DNA of 63,573 nucleotides, filler included, from Intoshia linei (Eukaryota > Animalia > Orthonectida), in NCBI GenBank assembly GCA_001642005.1. It is 10 parts of 10 records of this genome, joined end to end, with 100 filler letters (N's around TTAATTAATTAA, not from the genome) between each part and the next. Parts side by side here need not be neighbours in the genome. Positions count along the whole stretch, not along the records: positions 5,258 to 21,820 come from LWCA01000857.1; positions 21,921 to 28,291 come from LWCA01001680.1; 8 more parts are not named here. One strand, 5' to 3'. Positions within the stretch are counted from its first letter, which is position 1. Every line of letters starts with the position of its first letter. The position numbers and the translations under genes are program-made. Shown here piece after piece: positions 13,646-25,449 of this stretch. The notes under the pieces are model-generated. The model searched no databases. It was not told the DNA's origin and worked only from the letters and a program-made list of their open reading frames with translations.

Positions 13646-14799
13646 ATGAAATTAGTTGAATAGTATCCAAATTAAAATGATTATTTAATTAAATTTAGTC
13701 GTATACCAATGCCGCTCACTGCAGATGAGGTATTTTCAAAAAATATATTTTTACATTACTATGGTAGTATAAAATTGGTCAACTTTACTCTGTGGCAGAC
13801 GCTAGTTCAAATGAAACTGGTGGTGGTGAAGGAGTAGAAGTTTTGGTAAACGAACCATTTTCCCAAACTGAAGGCGTCCAACCGCATGAACCTTTATTAG
13901 CCGGTCATGAAAATGGACAATACACCAAAAAAATATATCATGTGGCAAGGTACGTTGTATATTTTGAAATTTTAAATTTTTTTTTAAATTTACATTTAAT
14001 AGTAAACTGCCTTTATTAGTTCGTAAATTAGCTCCGGCAGGGTCCACCGAAATCCTTGAGGAGGCCTGGAATGCTTATCCATATTGTAGAACAATTGTTA
14101 CGGTATACAAATTTTTTAAATTTTTTAAATTAAATTTTTAGAATCCCGATTACATGAAAAATTCATTTGAAATTAAAATTGAAACATTACACGTGGATGA
14201 CGACTCTGGAAAATTAGAAAATGTACATAAATTAAATCAAGAAAAATTAATTAGTAGGTCCGTTGTGAATATAGATATCGCTTCCCCACCCGAAAATGTA
14301 CTTTTTCATTATTTCATTTTTTAATTTTGTAAATTTTTTAGAAAGATTACAAATCACAGACAGACCCGACTAAATTCAAATCTGAAAAAACCGGTCGAGG
14401 TCATTTAACCGTTGGATGGATGGTAATTTATTTTTCTCAATTTTTTAAATTATGAATAGAATGATGCAACTGTTAAAATGTGCTGTTATAAACTTGTTTC
14501 AGTTAAATTTAAATGGAAAGTAATTGGAGGAAAAGTTGAGAGTTTAATTCAACGGGTAATATTTTCGTTTTTTATTGTATAAATTTATTTTAGACTGAAC
14601 AACGTATTTTTCATAATTTCCATCGCGAACTTTTTTGTTGGGTAGATAAATGGCACGGAATGACTATTGAGGATATTAGAAATTATGAACAAACTACCAA
14701 AGAACTTTTAGATAACGTAATTATTTTTATGTTATACATTTGTACTTTTTTTTTTTTTAGAAACGAAAAAAGGGCGATGTAGTTGGAACCACCGCATAG
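13646..14799 (+). CDS. Class I phosphatidylinositol transfer protein (PITP alpha/beta-like), complete, ~9 exons
   Basis: Spliced translation [47 protein letters not shown]...GQYTKKIYH...[12 protein letters not shown]...FKSEKTGRG...MCCYKLV...[21 protein letters not shown]...VVGTTA*; short GT-AG introns. Confidence 0.95.
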
Positions 14800-15254
14800 T
14801 ATATCCACAAATTATTTTTAATTAAAATTTACTATTATTTAATTTTTCTATGTCATTCGTTCAATATTTGTCATTTTTTTGGAGCTAGTATGCATGTAGG
14901 CCACTGGATTCAGGACATATATATAAGATTATTATGAATTAGATTTTATACCTTTTGTTATTGAATTTTTAAATTAAAATATTGTGTTTCTCAACCATCG
15001 ATACCAACTAAGACTTAATGGTACATGTAAGTAAACATTTGAAATATATATTTTAGATTAATATATCAAGTATGGAAAAAGTTTTAAGATCCAAGAAAAA
15101 TAAAAATTTTTTTAAGTGTCCACCAGATTTGAAAGTTATAAAGATCATAACAGTTAATTCCTAACACTTAAACCAGTAATTCCGTTTCAAATAGTTTACG
15201 GACCTTCAAAAAATTTATTTTTTTGGACTTCTAAGGAAATAAAAAAAATTTTTG

Positions 15255-15445
15255 ATTTTTTGATAAGATTTGGTAAAATCTTGTTTTTTAAAAAGATATT
15301 GGAAAAAGGGATTTTTTATGTTGGGCTTTGGATTAGGAAGTTTGATTGCTTATAAGATTTGGTAAAATCGGATTTTTCAAAAAACTATTGGAAAAAGAGA
15401 TTATTTCCTTAAGCGTTGGTAAAATTGGATTTTTCTATTAAAGGT
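15255..15445. repeat. Imperfect ~30-bp repeat array related to 9870-10030
   Basis: Recurring ttggtaaaat / ttggaaaaag units. Confidence 0.45.
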
Positions 15446-15739
15446 TTGATTGGGGATTTTTTATTAAAATTTATTAATGGGGGGATTTTGGAAAAAATAA
15501 TGTATCCGTCGTCTAGATTTTGGGATAAATTCCAAACCTCTGCCAAATTTAATAAATATTAAAAATTCTCCCATAAAAACAAACAAAAGTTGATAAAATT
15601 TTTTTATTTGAACGTCACGTACCCCTATCCATATAATTTGGATCCCATCGGGAACCACTGAGTTAAAAAAAACAATATTCACTTGACACAATGTGAAACG
15701 TTAAATTTTAGAATAAATATAAAGTTATTTTAAATAAAA

Positions 15740-16165
15740 ATGGTTGGAAGTAGAAGGCATGTTTTTGGTACAATATATTCCAGGTATTTTAATGAGTAAA
15801 ATCATTGATAAATATTTGCACATTAGAATAAGTGGATTACTAAAATTTAATGTTATTAAACAAAACGATATTCCCATATGGTACAAAATTTATGAAAAGT
15901 ATCCACCAAAATACAACATTAGAAAACCAATATCGTCAAAGCTTTATCATGAGCAAGATTTAGTTGATGATTCAATTATTGACGAAATAGTCTTTCCAGA
16001 AGATAACATTAGAGCGTAATTTAAATACACGTTTAAAATATACATTTTTATAGGAGTATAAAGTCAGACAAAAAATCATGCATCAATTTATTTATGGACA
16101 AACCACATGATTTTGATAATTACTTGCAAAAATATTATGATAAAAATGGTTCATTTTTAAAATAA
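15740..16165 (+). CDS. MRPS23: Mitochondrial small-subunit ribosomal protein S23, 3 exons
   Basis: MVGSRRHVFGTIYSR|ISGLLKFNVIK..IPIWYKIYEKYPP...EIVFPEDNIRA matches the MAGSR..GSIFSR / PLWFDVY..FPP / EDRIRA motifs of mS23. Confidence 0.85.
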
Positions 16166-16179
16166 ATTTGTTATCTACA

Positions 16180-16800
16180 TCTTAACTTATATAATATGCT
16201 AAGCGATTTTTGTTTGTGTGTTATGCTTTATTTAAATAACTACCAGTCTTAAAATTTTATAAAGTCCACATTTCAATTACAGTTTTTTCCGGGACGTATA
16301 TTAAGATAAATTTCAACCTCCCAATTTCACATCTTACGGGTCAAAAACCCCCAGTTGTCCCTCTTTTTGAAAATCAAACGAGTTGGAGAATTTAAAATAA
16401 TATATACGCTGATACGGATTTTAAAATCATAAATATTATCATAAATTTAAATTTAAAAAAATTATATTTTCAAAGCCAAAACCCCAAATTACCCTTCTTT
16501 TTTTAAATGAAAACAGCCCTAGAATTTAAAAAAAATACAGGTTGTACAGTTGTATCCTGTTAACACACAGAAAATTTCAATCCAAATAAGTGACAACTTC
16601 ACGGTCAAAAAAACATTTTAGTATTCACATATTTTTTTTCGAAATATTTTATTAAAACAAAAAATGTGAAATAATTAACGGTCCGAAAATTAAAAAAAAA
16701 ATTATTCTGATAAAGCTTATTCGAGTTGATATAAATACAAAAGTTCAACCGAGAAATCTATGCATTCCTGATGATAAATAATTTTTAATATATTTCGATT
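16180..16800 (+). mobile_element. Helitron 5' part
   Basis: a|TCTTAACTTATATAATATGCTAAGCGAT start; colinear with the other copies. Confidence 0.65.
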
Positions 16801-17393
16801 AAAATAAAAATTCCAATTAAAGTACTTTTAATAAAATTTAAAAAAAAGATTTTTTTCTTAGTTTTTATTTTGTAAAACTAAAACCTTAATATCTACTGAG
16901 TTACTAAAATAACTAAGTTGAACACACTATTCTGGACTCCAGACTTGTTATATTGATATCTAAAATTTTTTCAGATTTAAAATATGCTATAAATAATACG
17001 ATAATATTTTATTTTGACGGATAGGTTGGTTCTGTGTGATTGATCGTTAAGTGAAAGAGTTTGTTGCAATGTAAAATATTTTATAAATATTTCGTCGATT
17101 TTCTCTCCCCGAGTAGGGCTCATGGGTACGCTAGATTTGGCTGTTTAATACTTTCAATAAATCTAATTTTTGGTAAATATAAGATTAATAAATAATGTTT
17201 TTTTTGGAAGATTAGACTCCATACGTAATTTTATTTGCATCAATATTAATTATCTAAACATTACAATCACGATTGATTGATATAACTAGAATCATCAAAT
17301 AATTGTTTTATACCAGTTTGAAAATTACAATAAACTTGCTTTTAAAAATTTAATTTACACATAACAATAAACAAAACTATTGGAATTTAGAAA

Positions 17394-18389
17394 ATGACTG
17401 GATTAGAAATTATGAAAGAGATTGCGGATATATCCAATACCTTCAAATCTTGTCACCTGGAGGCAATTAAATGGGATAATGAGTATATCGATAAACTGTA
17501 CGACCTGGTTAGTTCTTTAAAACTCGAGTATTTCAAATTCAATTACAAAGACGTAGTGGAAGAAATTGCATGTTGTTTTGAATTTAATAACTTACCTCCT
17601 GTCACTTATTGTGATGTTTACACTACGTCATTTTCATCAATTACCATTTTTATAGTGCACGGAAAATCCAAAATACCATTGCACAATCATCCAAACATGT
17701 ACGGATATTTAAAAGTTTTAGATGGCGGTATATCTTTAAAGTCCTATTCGATAGTAGAAAAAAATTTTGACAAGTATATTGAAGGTTTAATGAATAAACA
17801 ATTAAACAACAATGACACGGAAAACGTATCTGAAATTAATCTAGAATTGGATAATTATCGACTCAATAAAACGTACGATAAATATCCTTCAACTATTCTC
17901 AAATCACGAAATGATGGCCTTGAAAAACATCGTCCATTCAATGTACCCATTACAGTAATCAAGAATATTGATTTGAAGGTCGTTACTAATAAAAATAAGC
18001 CAATTTTTTTCACTCCATATCATTCAAATATTCACTCTATCTCGGTTTCTCCAGAAAATGATTATGCCATTTTTATTGACGTTCTCATGCCACCATACGA
18101 TATGGTTATTCGAGATTGTACATATTATAATTTACACCATATTACATGGATAACACCTCAGCCGTCTTTAAAGGAAGAATCTTCTAATCAAGATTCAAAT
18201 TCTAGTATTAGTGATGATTCTGATATGGAATATCTTGATACATTGGCATATCATGAAATCTTAAAAAGAAAGGTCAACCTAACTCCCAGGCCTCCACCGG
18301 AATATTTTTGGACAAATACTCTTCAGAATGAAAAAATTTTACAAGTTAAACAAGAAATTATTAAACACCACGGCGAGAATATTATGTAA
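17394..18389 (+). CDS. ADO: 2-aminoethanethiol (cysteamine) dioxygenase, PCO/ADO family, single exon
   Basis: IPLHNHPNMYGYLKVLDG (HxH), NIH third His ligand, AIFIDVLMPPYD, RDCTYY. Confidence 0.93.
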   Translation: MTGLEIMKEIADISNTFKSCHLEAIKWDNEYIDKLYDLVSSLKLEYFKFNYKDVVEEIACCFEFNNLPPVTYCDVYTTSFSSITIFIVHGKSKIPLHNHPNMYGYLKVLDGGISLKSYSIVEKNFDKYIEGLMNKQLNNNDTENVSEINLELDNYRLNKTYDKYPSTILKSRNDGLEKHRPFNVPITVIKNIDLKVVTNKNKPIFFTPYHSNIHSISVSPENDYAIFIDVLMPPYDMVIRDCTYYNLHHITWITPQPSLKEESSNQDSNSSISDDSDMEYLDTLAYHEILKRKVNLTPRPPPEYFWTNTLQNEKILQVKQEIIKHHGENIM

Positions 18390-18760
18390 AATTTGTAATT
18401 TATTACAAATTAAGTTTCTTGGTTCAATTTGTTTTTGTCATTATTTATTATATGTTAGATAGAAAGGATATTGAATAACAGTTTTTCAAATTTTTTTTTC
18501 TACGTCGGTCAAGCAATGCTTGATTACACAGTACACCATTTTTAGAAAAATTTTAATACAGATTGACCAAACCATCGCTTTGTAAAATTTTCTATTGTGG
18601 TTCGAGTGATGTGGATCACTCCATCAGATCGACCTTCCGGATAAAATATGAAGAACGATTAATATTAATATAATATTTATTATCGTATTTCAAAACGGAT
18701 ACACAATTTAAACGGAACTTTAAATTGATACTAATAACATTTACGAATCACCTGAATAAA

Positions 18761-19445
18761 TCCTAACTTATATACAATGTAATATGCTACGCGATTTTTG
18801 TTTGTGTGTCTGTGTTCCACTTTATTGAAATAACTAACAGTCTTAGAATTTTATAAAAACCACATTTAAATTACAGTTTTTTCCGGGACATATAATAAAA
18901 TAAATTTCAACCTCCCAAACTCATATCTTACGGGTCAAAAACCCCAATTGTCCTTTTTTTGAAAATCAAACAAGTTGGAGGATTTAAAAAAATATATACG
19001 CTGATGCGGATTTTAAAATCATAAACATTATCATAAAGTAAAAAGTAATTTGATATGATGGTTCTACCTGACACAAATTTGGGAACTACTCCTTTAAATC
19101 AGCTATTCTCAACGGGGTCCACAGCACTTTTTTGGGGTCTATGAATAGTATATACATTTATTAGATATTATAGACATTTTCAGTAACATAAAGTCGTTTT
19201 TAAAACATGAAGGCTCAGAAATACTAATATAAAACGTGCAAATCATGTAAAAGTAAATTCGTTTCACCCAAATGTAATGATTCATTAAAAATTGTAATTA
19301 TCATTAATTTTTTTGAAGTCCATAGGTTTTTTGTAATATCTTAGGGTCCACAGTGAAAAAGGGTTGAGAATGCCTGCTTTAAATGATTGATAATAGTGAA
19401 TAGTAGGATTTTTAAATTAGATTTTCAACGTGAATTTATTTTTTA
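18761..19445 (+). mobile_element. Internally deleted Helitron copy linking the 5' TC module to the 3' module; interrupted by a hAT MITE
   Basis: Starts a|TCCTAACTTATA and continues into the reverse complement of the repeat seen at 27597 and 58397. Confidence 0.7.
19100..19376. mobile_element. hAT (Buster-type) MITE, 277 bp
   Basis: TIRs CAGCTATTCTCAAC / GTTGAGAATGCCTG; perfect 8-bp TSD ctttaaat at 19092-19099 and 19377-19384. Confidence 0.88.
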
Positions 19446-19639
19446 AGTGTAATAAACCTGGCATAATCCTTTGTAGATAGTAATATATAACTTACAGATA
19501 ACAATCTTCAAATTAATAAAATTTTAAACACATTTAATAATTAATTAATATTAGTAAATTTAAAAACATTTTATTGAAAAATCAATAATCAAAATACATT
19601 TTACAACTAATCAAATATTTTCGTTAATGAATTTTATAA

Positions 19640-21271
19640 TTATTCTACAAAATAATATGCCAATTCCTGTTGTAATCGTAATATTTCCTCATTATCTTCT
19701 TGGTTTAATTTTTGTATTATTGGAGGATTAGATCTTTCAATTACACGTCTACCAGTCTAATTTAAAATTTTTTATAAATATTAATGACGATATAATAACA
19801 TCTGGATCAAAAATTCATTTAATTATTCAAAATTCTTTAAATCTAAGTTAAATTTATTTTTTATATAATTTTTGAATTTATTAGCAAATTTCATTTAAAT
19901 TTATAAATCATCCCTGATCAATCAAATTATTTCATATCATTTTAATAATTCCAATACCAATTTTTTTGGAGCAGCTTTAGCTCTTTCAAGTGCTTTTTGA
20001 ATACGTTCTTCCTGATGCTTTTTTTGTGTTAAAATTTTTTCTTGTCTCAAAAATAATCTTCGTTCTTTTTCTTTAATCTTAAATAATTAATATTATAAAT
20101 TTATATTACTATTTTATTTTATATACAGTAAATATAGCATTTTGAATAAAAATATAAAAACAAATGTAGTACAATAATATAGTAATATAGTGTACTAGTA
20201 TAGTATATGTATATGAAATAGAAGAAAAAATATTTTATTTCTCCAAAATTGAAAACCTTTTCAGCCGAAATAACCATTTCATAAGGTAAACATTCAATAA
20301 TTTCAAACATTTTTTCCAGTTTATTTTCTATATTTGTAAGCATTTGAATGGTATTAATACTGGCTTCATTGCCCTCTCCCACGCAATTTTTATAAACGTT
20401 TTCAACTTCTGTATGCAATTGTTGTAAAATATTTGTTCTATCTTCAACGTTTGATTTCTCATCACCGATTGAGCTGTATTCGCTAATAATAAAAATGCAA
20501 TAAGATTTATATAAAATTTATACGTATTAAATCTTTAAATTAATCATATGAAATTAATATACTCAATAAATCGTTTCAATCGAGTGGATCGAATTTCTTC
20601 TATATTTATTTTTTCTTTAAGTATACCAATATTTTGTTTTAGGCAATTCGTTTCTTCATTCCTAGGAAAAATATTTAAAAATGAATGAATGAATACAATG
20701 TAATTAAATAAAATATGACTAAAGTAAAAGTGTAACCATGGCATATGTTTACAGAATGTAGGTCTTTAATAAGGAATAATAATAAATATTTTAAAAATTT
20801 ATAATAAAATTTTTCTATTCACCCTTTTTCAAAGTGAGTTATGAACTAAAGTTCATAATTTCAATTTTAAATTTTTCAAAATTTTTTGAGACCGTGTAAC
20901 TTTACCATTAATTTGTTTAAAGGAACTGTATTAGTGCGTGGATCTGTCTATGGTAAACGCTTTTATAATTGGTTACATTTTAGTTTCTGATTTATCCATA
21001 TCATTTTTAACTTGCTTTAAGGATTCTTCAGTATCTTGAGAATTTTGAATCAACGACAAATTGGTTTCCTCCAACTCCGATAACAAATTAATTAATTGTT
21101 GTGGTTCTTTAAAATACAATGCATCCTATTAAATTTGATGTACAAAATATTAATCACTTTTATTACTTGATTTTTTAAATCAATTGAATCACATATTATT
21201 TCATCTAAAATTTTGTTATAATGTAAATACCATATTATACAAGTGTCACAGTGATTTTTTTCTTGCCATTC
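19640..21271 (-). CDS. CFAP100: Cilia- and flagella-associated protein 100 (CCDC37/38 family), 3' exons only
   Basis: LYFKEPQQLINLLSELEETNLSLIQNSQDTEESL; VENVYKNCVG..TIQMLTNIENKLE; KEKERRLFLRQEK..HQEERIQKALERA; TGRRVIERSNPP..ELAYYF. Confidence 0.85.
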
Positions 21272-21726
21272 CTAAAATAAATTAATAAACTTATATACAT
21301 TATACTTTCGAAAAGTGACCACTTCGCATAGGTGACCACTAAATATCAAATAGAAACAACCCTACCGAAAAAATCTCATTTTCAGAAATTTTTTAATTTA
21401 AAAATATTATATTTTCCTTGTCATACAACTGTTTTGTGCTTAAATATAAACTGTACTCTGTACAGTCTAAATCTTTGGAGAGATTGCTAGGTCTTTTTTT
21501 GATATATAAAAAGTGTCGAGGCATAGTAGGTTTGGCTCTGATATTTATGGTTGTATTATTTTTAAATTTACATTCTTATAAATATAAATGTTAATATTAT
21601 AACTATCATCTTATTTCTAATATATTTTCAAAGTCGCTTAATAGGTAATATTCATAGATTAATTTATCACCTTATATTTCGTCTATTTACATATTTATAC
21701 ATTTTATATTGTTAAATATAAAGTAA

Positions 21727-21820
21727 CTAGCTTGGCTGTTTTGTACTACGTACAAACAGCACCTAACTCTGCCGAGGGCACTCTTTTATTATACCAAAAA
21801 AATAAATTCACGTTGAAAAT
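21727..21820 (-). mobile_element. Helitron 3' end
   Basis: On the minus strand, hairpin CTGTTTGTAC-GTA-GTACAAAACAG then CTAG|T; truncated by the spacer. Confidence 0.7.
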
Positions 21821-21920
21821 NNNNNNNNNNNNNNNNNNNNNNNNNNNNNNNNNNNNNNNNNNNNTTAATTAATTAANNNNNNNNNNNNNNNNNNNNNNNN
21901 NNNNNNNNNNNNNNNNNNNN
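21821..21920. other. Artificial contig spacer
   Basis: 44 N + TTAATTAATTAA + 44 N. Confidence 0.97.
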
Positions 21921-22195
21921 GTTAACAAACAAAAAATTAAGATGGAATAATTCACTTTAAAGTAAAAAGTAATGGGATAGGATAGTTCCACCTGAAACAA
22001 ATTTGGGAACCACTTCTTTAAAGGATTGATAATAGTTAATAGTAGGATTTTTAAGTTAGATTTTCAACGGGGATTGATAATAGTGAATAGTAGAATTTTT
22101 AAGTTAGATTTTCAACGTGAATTTTTTGATATAATAAAAATTGCCTTCAGCAGAGGTAGGTGCTGTTTGTACGTAGTACATAACAATTAAGCTAG
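21921..22195 (+). mobile_element. Helitron 3' end
   Basis: ...GCTGTTTGTACGTAGTACATAACAATTAAGCTAG|T with an internal ~47-bp duplication. Confidence 0.7.
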
Positions 22196-22459
22196 TAATA
22201 TTGTAATATGTGTGCCTGGAATTATTAACCTCGTCTCCAATGCTCATTTAATGATATTTTAAATTGAAGGCACTATTAATAGTTTTATATTGGTGGTTAT
22301 AATTTTTAGCATATTTTTATATGCAGTGCTGTATTTTTTTACGTTACCTAAATTAATATTGGTATTTTATGATTTCTTTATTACTAAAATCATCATAAAA
22401 ATTTGACATTATTGAATGCATTATTTTTATTTTATTAATTTATGATATTCCAAATTTAG

Positions 22460-23064
22460 GCTTTAAAAAAAGCTGGTATAAATATTTTTCCTAAATGTGA
22501 CAGCAAAAAGTATGTGGACACACAAAATAAGGTAATGAAACTTAAAATGGAAAAAATAAAGCTTGTAAAAATTAACGTAGAAAAGAAAATTGGAAACATT
22601 TGTATATAAACAACTGGCTCTATGTTCCACAGCCTATGCTTTTGCGTGGACGAAATGGAATTCAAAAATAAACAATTCAAAAAATCACATTGTAATTAAA
22701 ATGATTGAGCATTGCGCTAATGAACCTGTTGCAGAGGTTTAAAAAAACAATATATTTAAAATATATTATAAAAAATAGGACGATTGGCAATTTTACATGT
22801 TTACAAATCGATCAGTAACTAAAATCCTAGCAAACGAATACGAGGATGAACTAATTTTTTTAAAAGAGAATGAACAGGTAATATATATTTTTAAAGCTGT
22901 ATTAAATTCATTTAATCAAGTTGAGTTATCCAAGCTTATACGAATTAGCAAAAAAAGAGTTGAAATTTGAAACTACTAAAAGTCGTCTAGAATCTGTAGA
23001 TAAAAAACACTACAATTGTATGCTTACTTTGCTGGATTCAATCAAAATGATTAATTTTTCATAA
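22460..23064 (+). CDS. DNAI7: Axonemal dynein intermediate chain 7 (CASC1/IC97-like), last 4 exons
   Basis: ALKKAGINIFPKCDSKKYV; YKQLALCSTAYAFAWTKWN..IVIKMIEH; DDWQFYMFT; C-terminal LLDSIKMINFS* resemble the CASC1 C-terminus. Not in the ORF track. Confidence 0.78.
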
Positions 23065-23080
23065 ATTGTATTAAAAATTT

Positions 23081-23611
23081 TTATTTTAAAAGTTTACAAA
23101 ATTTATTTGAGAAATTTATTATTCTAGTTGAACAATACTGTGTAAAAATTATAACGATCCATATTCTGAATCCTAAACATTTGTCAGTTTCATTACAATC
23201 TGTTTCAATGATTATTGGATATAATAGATAATATAGGTAAATAGAAATATTTGGATTTTGTATAGTAAAGATTGTCTGATTCCAGTACAATTTTATCATG
23301 AGAGATACAAATACCCCTTTCAATGCAATTTTTACAAATTTGTAACCCATTCCAAATTTTATTTGTCGTATTGATATTTCAGTGTCACTTTTGTTAGATT
23401 TTGATTCAATTGTTAGTAATTTTCTTTCAATTCGAGCATATTTTGCAAAATTGTCCATTCGACTCATTAAATTCAATTCAGTTTTGTATTTATTTATTTC
23501 CCGCTTTAGTTTTTCATTATCCGTGACACGCAAATATAGCGAAGAAATGATGTATTTGAGGCATGATAAAAACAACTCAAATAAAATAAATGATAATAGA
23601 ATCTCAAACAT
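23081..23611 (-). CDS. GET1: Tail-anchored protein insertion receptor GET1/WRB, single exon
   Basis: TM helix, coiled coil with ELNLMSRMDNFAKYARIERKL, then two further hydrophobic segments. Confidence 0.88.
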   Translation of the reverse strand: MFEILLSFILFELFLSCLKYIISSLYLRVTDNEKLKREINKYKTELNLMSRMDNFAKYARIERKLLTIESKSNKSDTEISIRQIKFGMGYKFVKIALKGVFVSLMIKLYWNQTIFTIQNPNISIYLYYLLYPIIIETDCNETDKCLGFRIWIVIIFTQYCSTRIINFSNKFCKLLK

Positions 23612-25449
23612 TTAAATTAAATTCAACTTTTTTTCGTAAAATTATATAAATAAATAAATAAAATATTACAAAATTCATTACTGTCAATTAAAAAAATGTA
23701 GATTTCAATCATTTAGTTGAAAATTTATTTTAGTGCCATTTTTAAGTTCCAAATCTAAAATTAAATTAAAATTTAGTTAACCAGTTAATGCTCGCAAGTG
23801 TATATTATTCGACGATTTTATTCAAAATATTTTGTAACTATGGATTTTTAAATTCAATTTAAATTTGCATTTAGTTTAATTTATCTTAACTTACGTAAGT
23901 AAAGCAAATTTGCTATAATTCTAATATTGTTTTTTAAGACGGATCCATTGTGTTAAATTTTATTCTTAGAAATTTATATATTCACTGTCAAAAACCCAAT
24001 TACCCTTTATTTTGAAAAAGTAAAAAAAGTTAATCTTAAAATTTAAAAAACAAATAATTGTTGCTTCCAGTTAACAAAAACCACAGAAAATATTTCAATC
24101 ACAAATATTAACACCTTTACAGTTAAAAAAATTGAAAACTAACATTTACTGAAAATACAGAAATCTGGGTTTCAGAGTTTGCAATTAAACTTGATGAAAT
24201 TTTGCCTAAAATAATAATATCATTAATATCTTAAAACTAAAGTTCTGGAACACTGTCCGAAGAGCCAACGCCGAATATACCGGATACTGAAACCCTCTTA
24301 GAGTACTCAGTGAAAGGTTTGTAAAATGGGGCCTGATTTTTCAGAATTGAACATTAAAAATTATATTCTTGAATATAAATTTAGAATGCCAAGTCAAGAT
24401 CATTAGAGAGGTGGCTAAGGGATATGTGACACTGCAGCGTTAGTGGATTTTTTGGCCTATAATCATATTCGCGTGCCTTTATTAATAACCAAATTAATAA
24501 AATCAACACAGTAGAGTGAATAAACAAATTTAAACTAGAAATGGACGAAATGTACAATGAAATTATTATTATAAATCAGATAAAGCATCAATTTTCATAA
24601 ATCCAATCCAAACAACAAATTAAATTTCCCACAAATTGTATATAATTTTAAATATATCAAGAATATAGAAATACAGGCAGTAGTATATATCAGTAAATAT
24701 AATTTAACTGACAAAGTGAAAAATTGGATTAAAAAGATCAATATATTGTTATACATGTGATTAGTTTAATCTCGGTGATTAAATAAAAAAATTGAAATGG
24801 CTAGTATACATTTATCGTCCTGATATTGATGTTGAAATTATATAATGTTCCATCAATAGATAAAAGTTATTTGCACTCGTAAAAGATTAAGAAAAGTGTT
24901 AAAAAATAAAATTTTAAATAATATAAAAATGCTAACATTATAATTTTATTACATCAATAAAATCCATCTAATATCCCTGTAAATTAAGGAAAAATGGATA
25001 CAAATTGACGTTATTTTAAATTTAATGATTTTTACACTATAAAAAACTTCAACTAACACCTAAATAGCTTTACATTCCCATTATATTTAATCTTTAATTA
25101 TTAAAATTATAGTTTAATTATTGATCTATTCCAATAAAACCAATATTTATTTCATCAATCATTACATAATTTATCGTGTTATATGAGTCGAATAGCAAGT
25201 AATGGATATTGTATATTTATATTAATTTATCAAAATGTAAAATTTTTTAATTTTAAATATAATGTTGAAAATTTGTTTTTAAAACCTGAATATTCAAATG
25301 TTGCATTTGCTCACATTTGTTTATAATTTATTTGGATGGAATTGTAATTTTTATTATTATAAAAGGTATACATTTCAAATTTAACTTTCTTTCAGTAATC
25401 TGTATCTTTTTTTACATTATTCCATTTTTTAGACTTTTTATTTCATATT

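Noticed and set aside
13663-13698. PITP intron 1 begins GTATCC like a U12-type donor
   Set aside because: It continues AA rather than TT, has no CCTTAAC branch point and is only 36 nt long.
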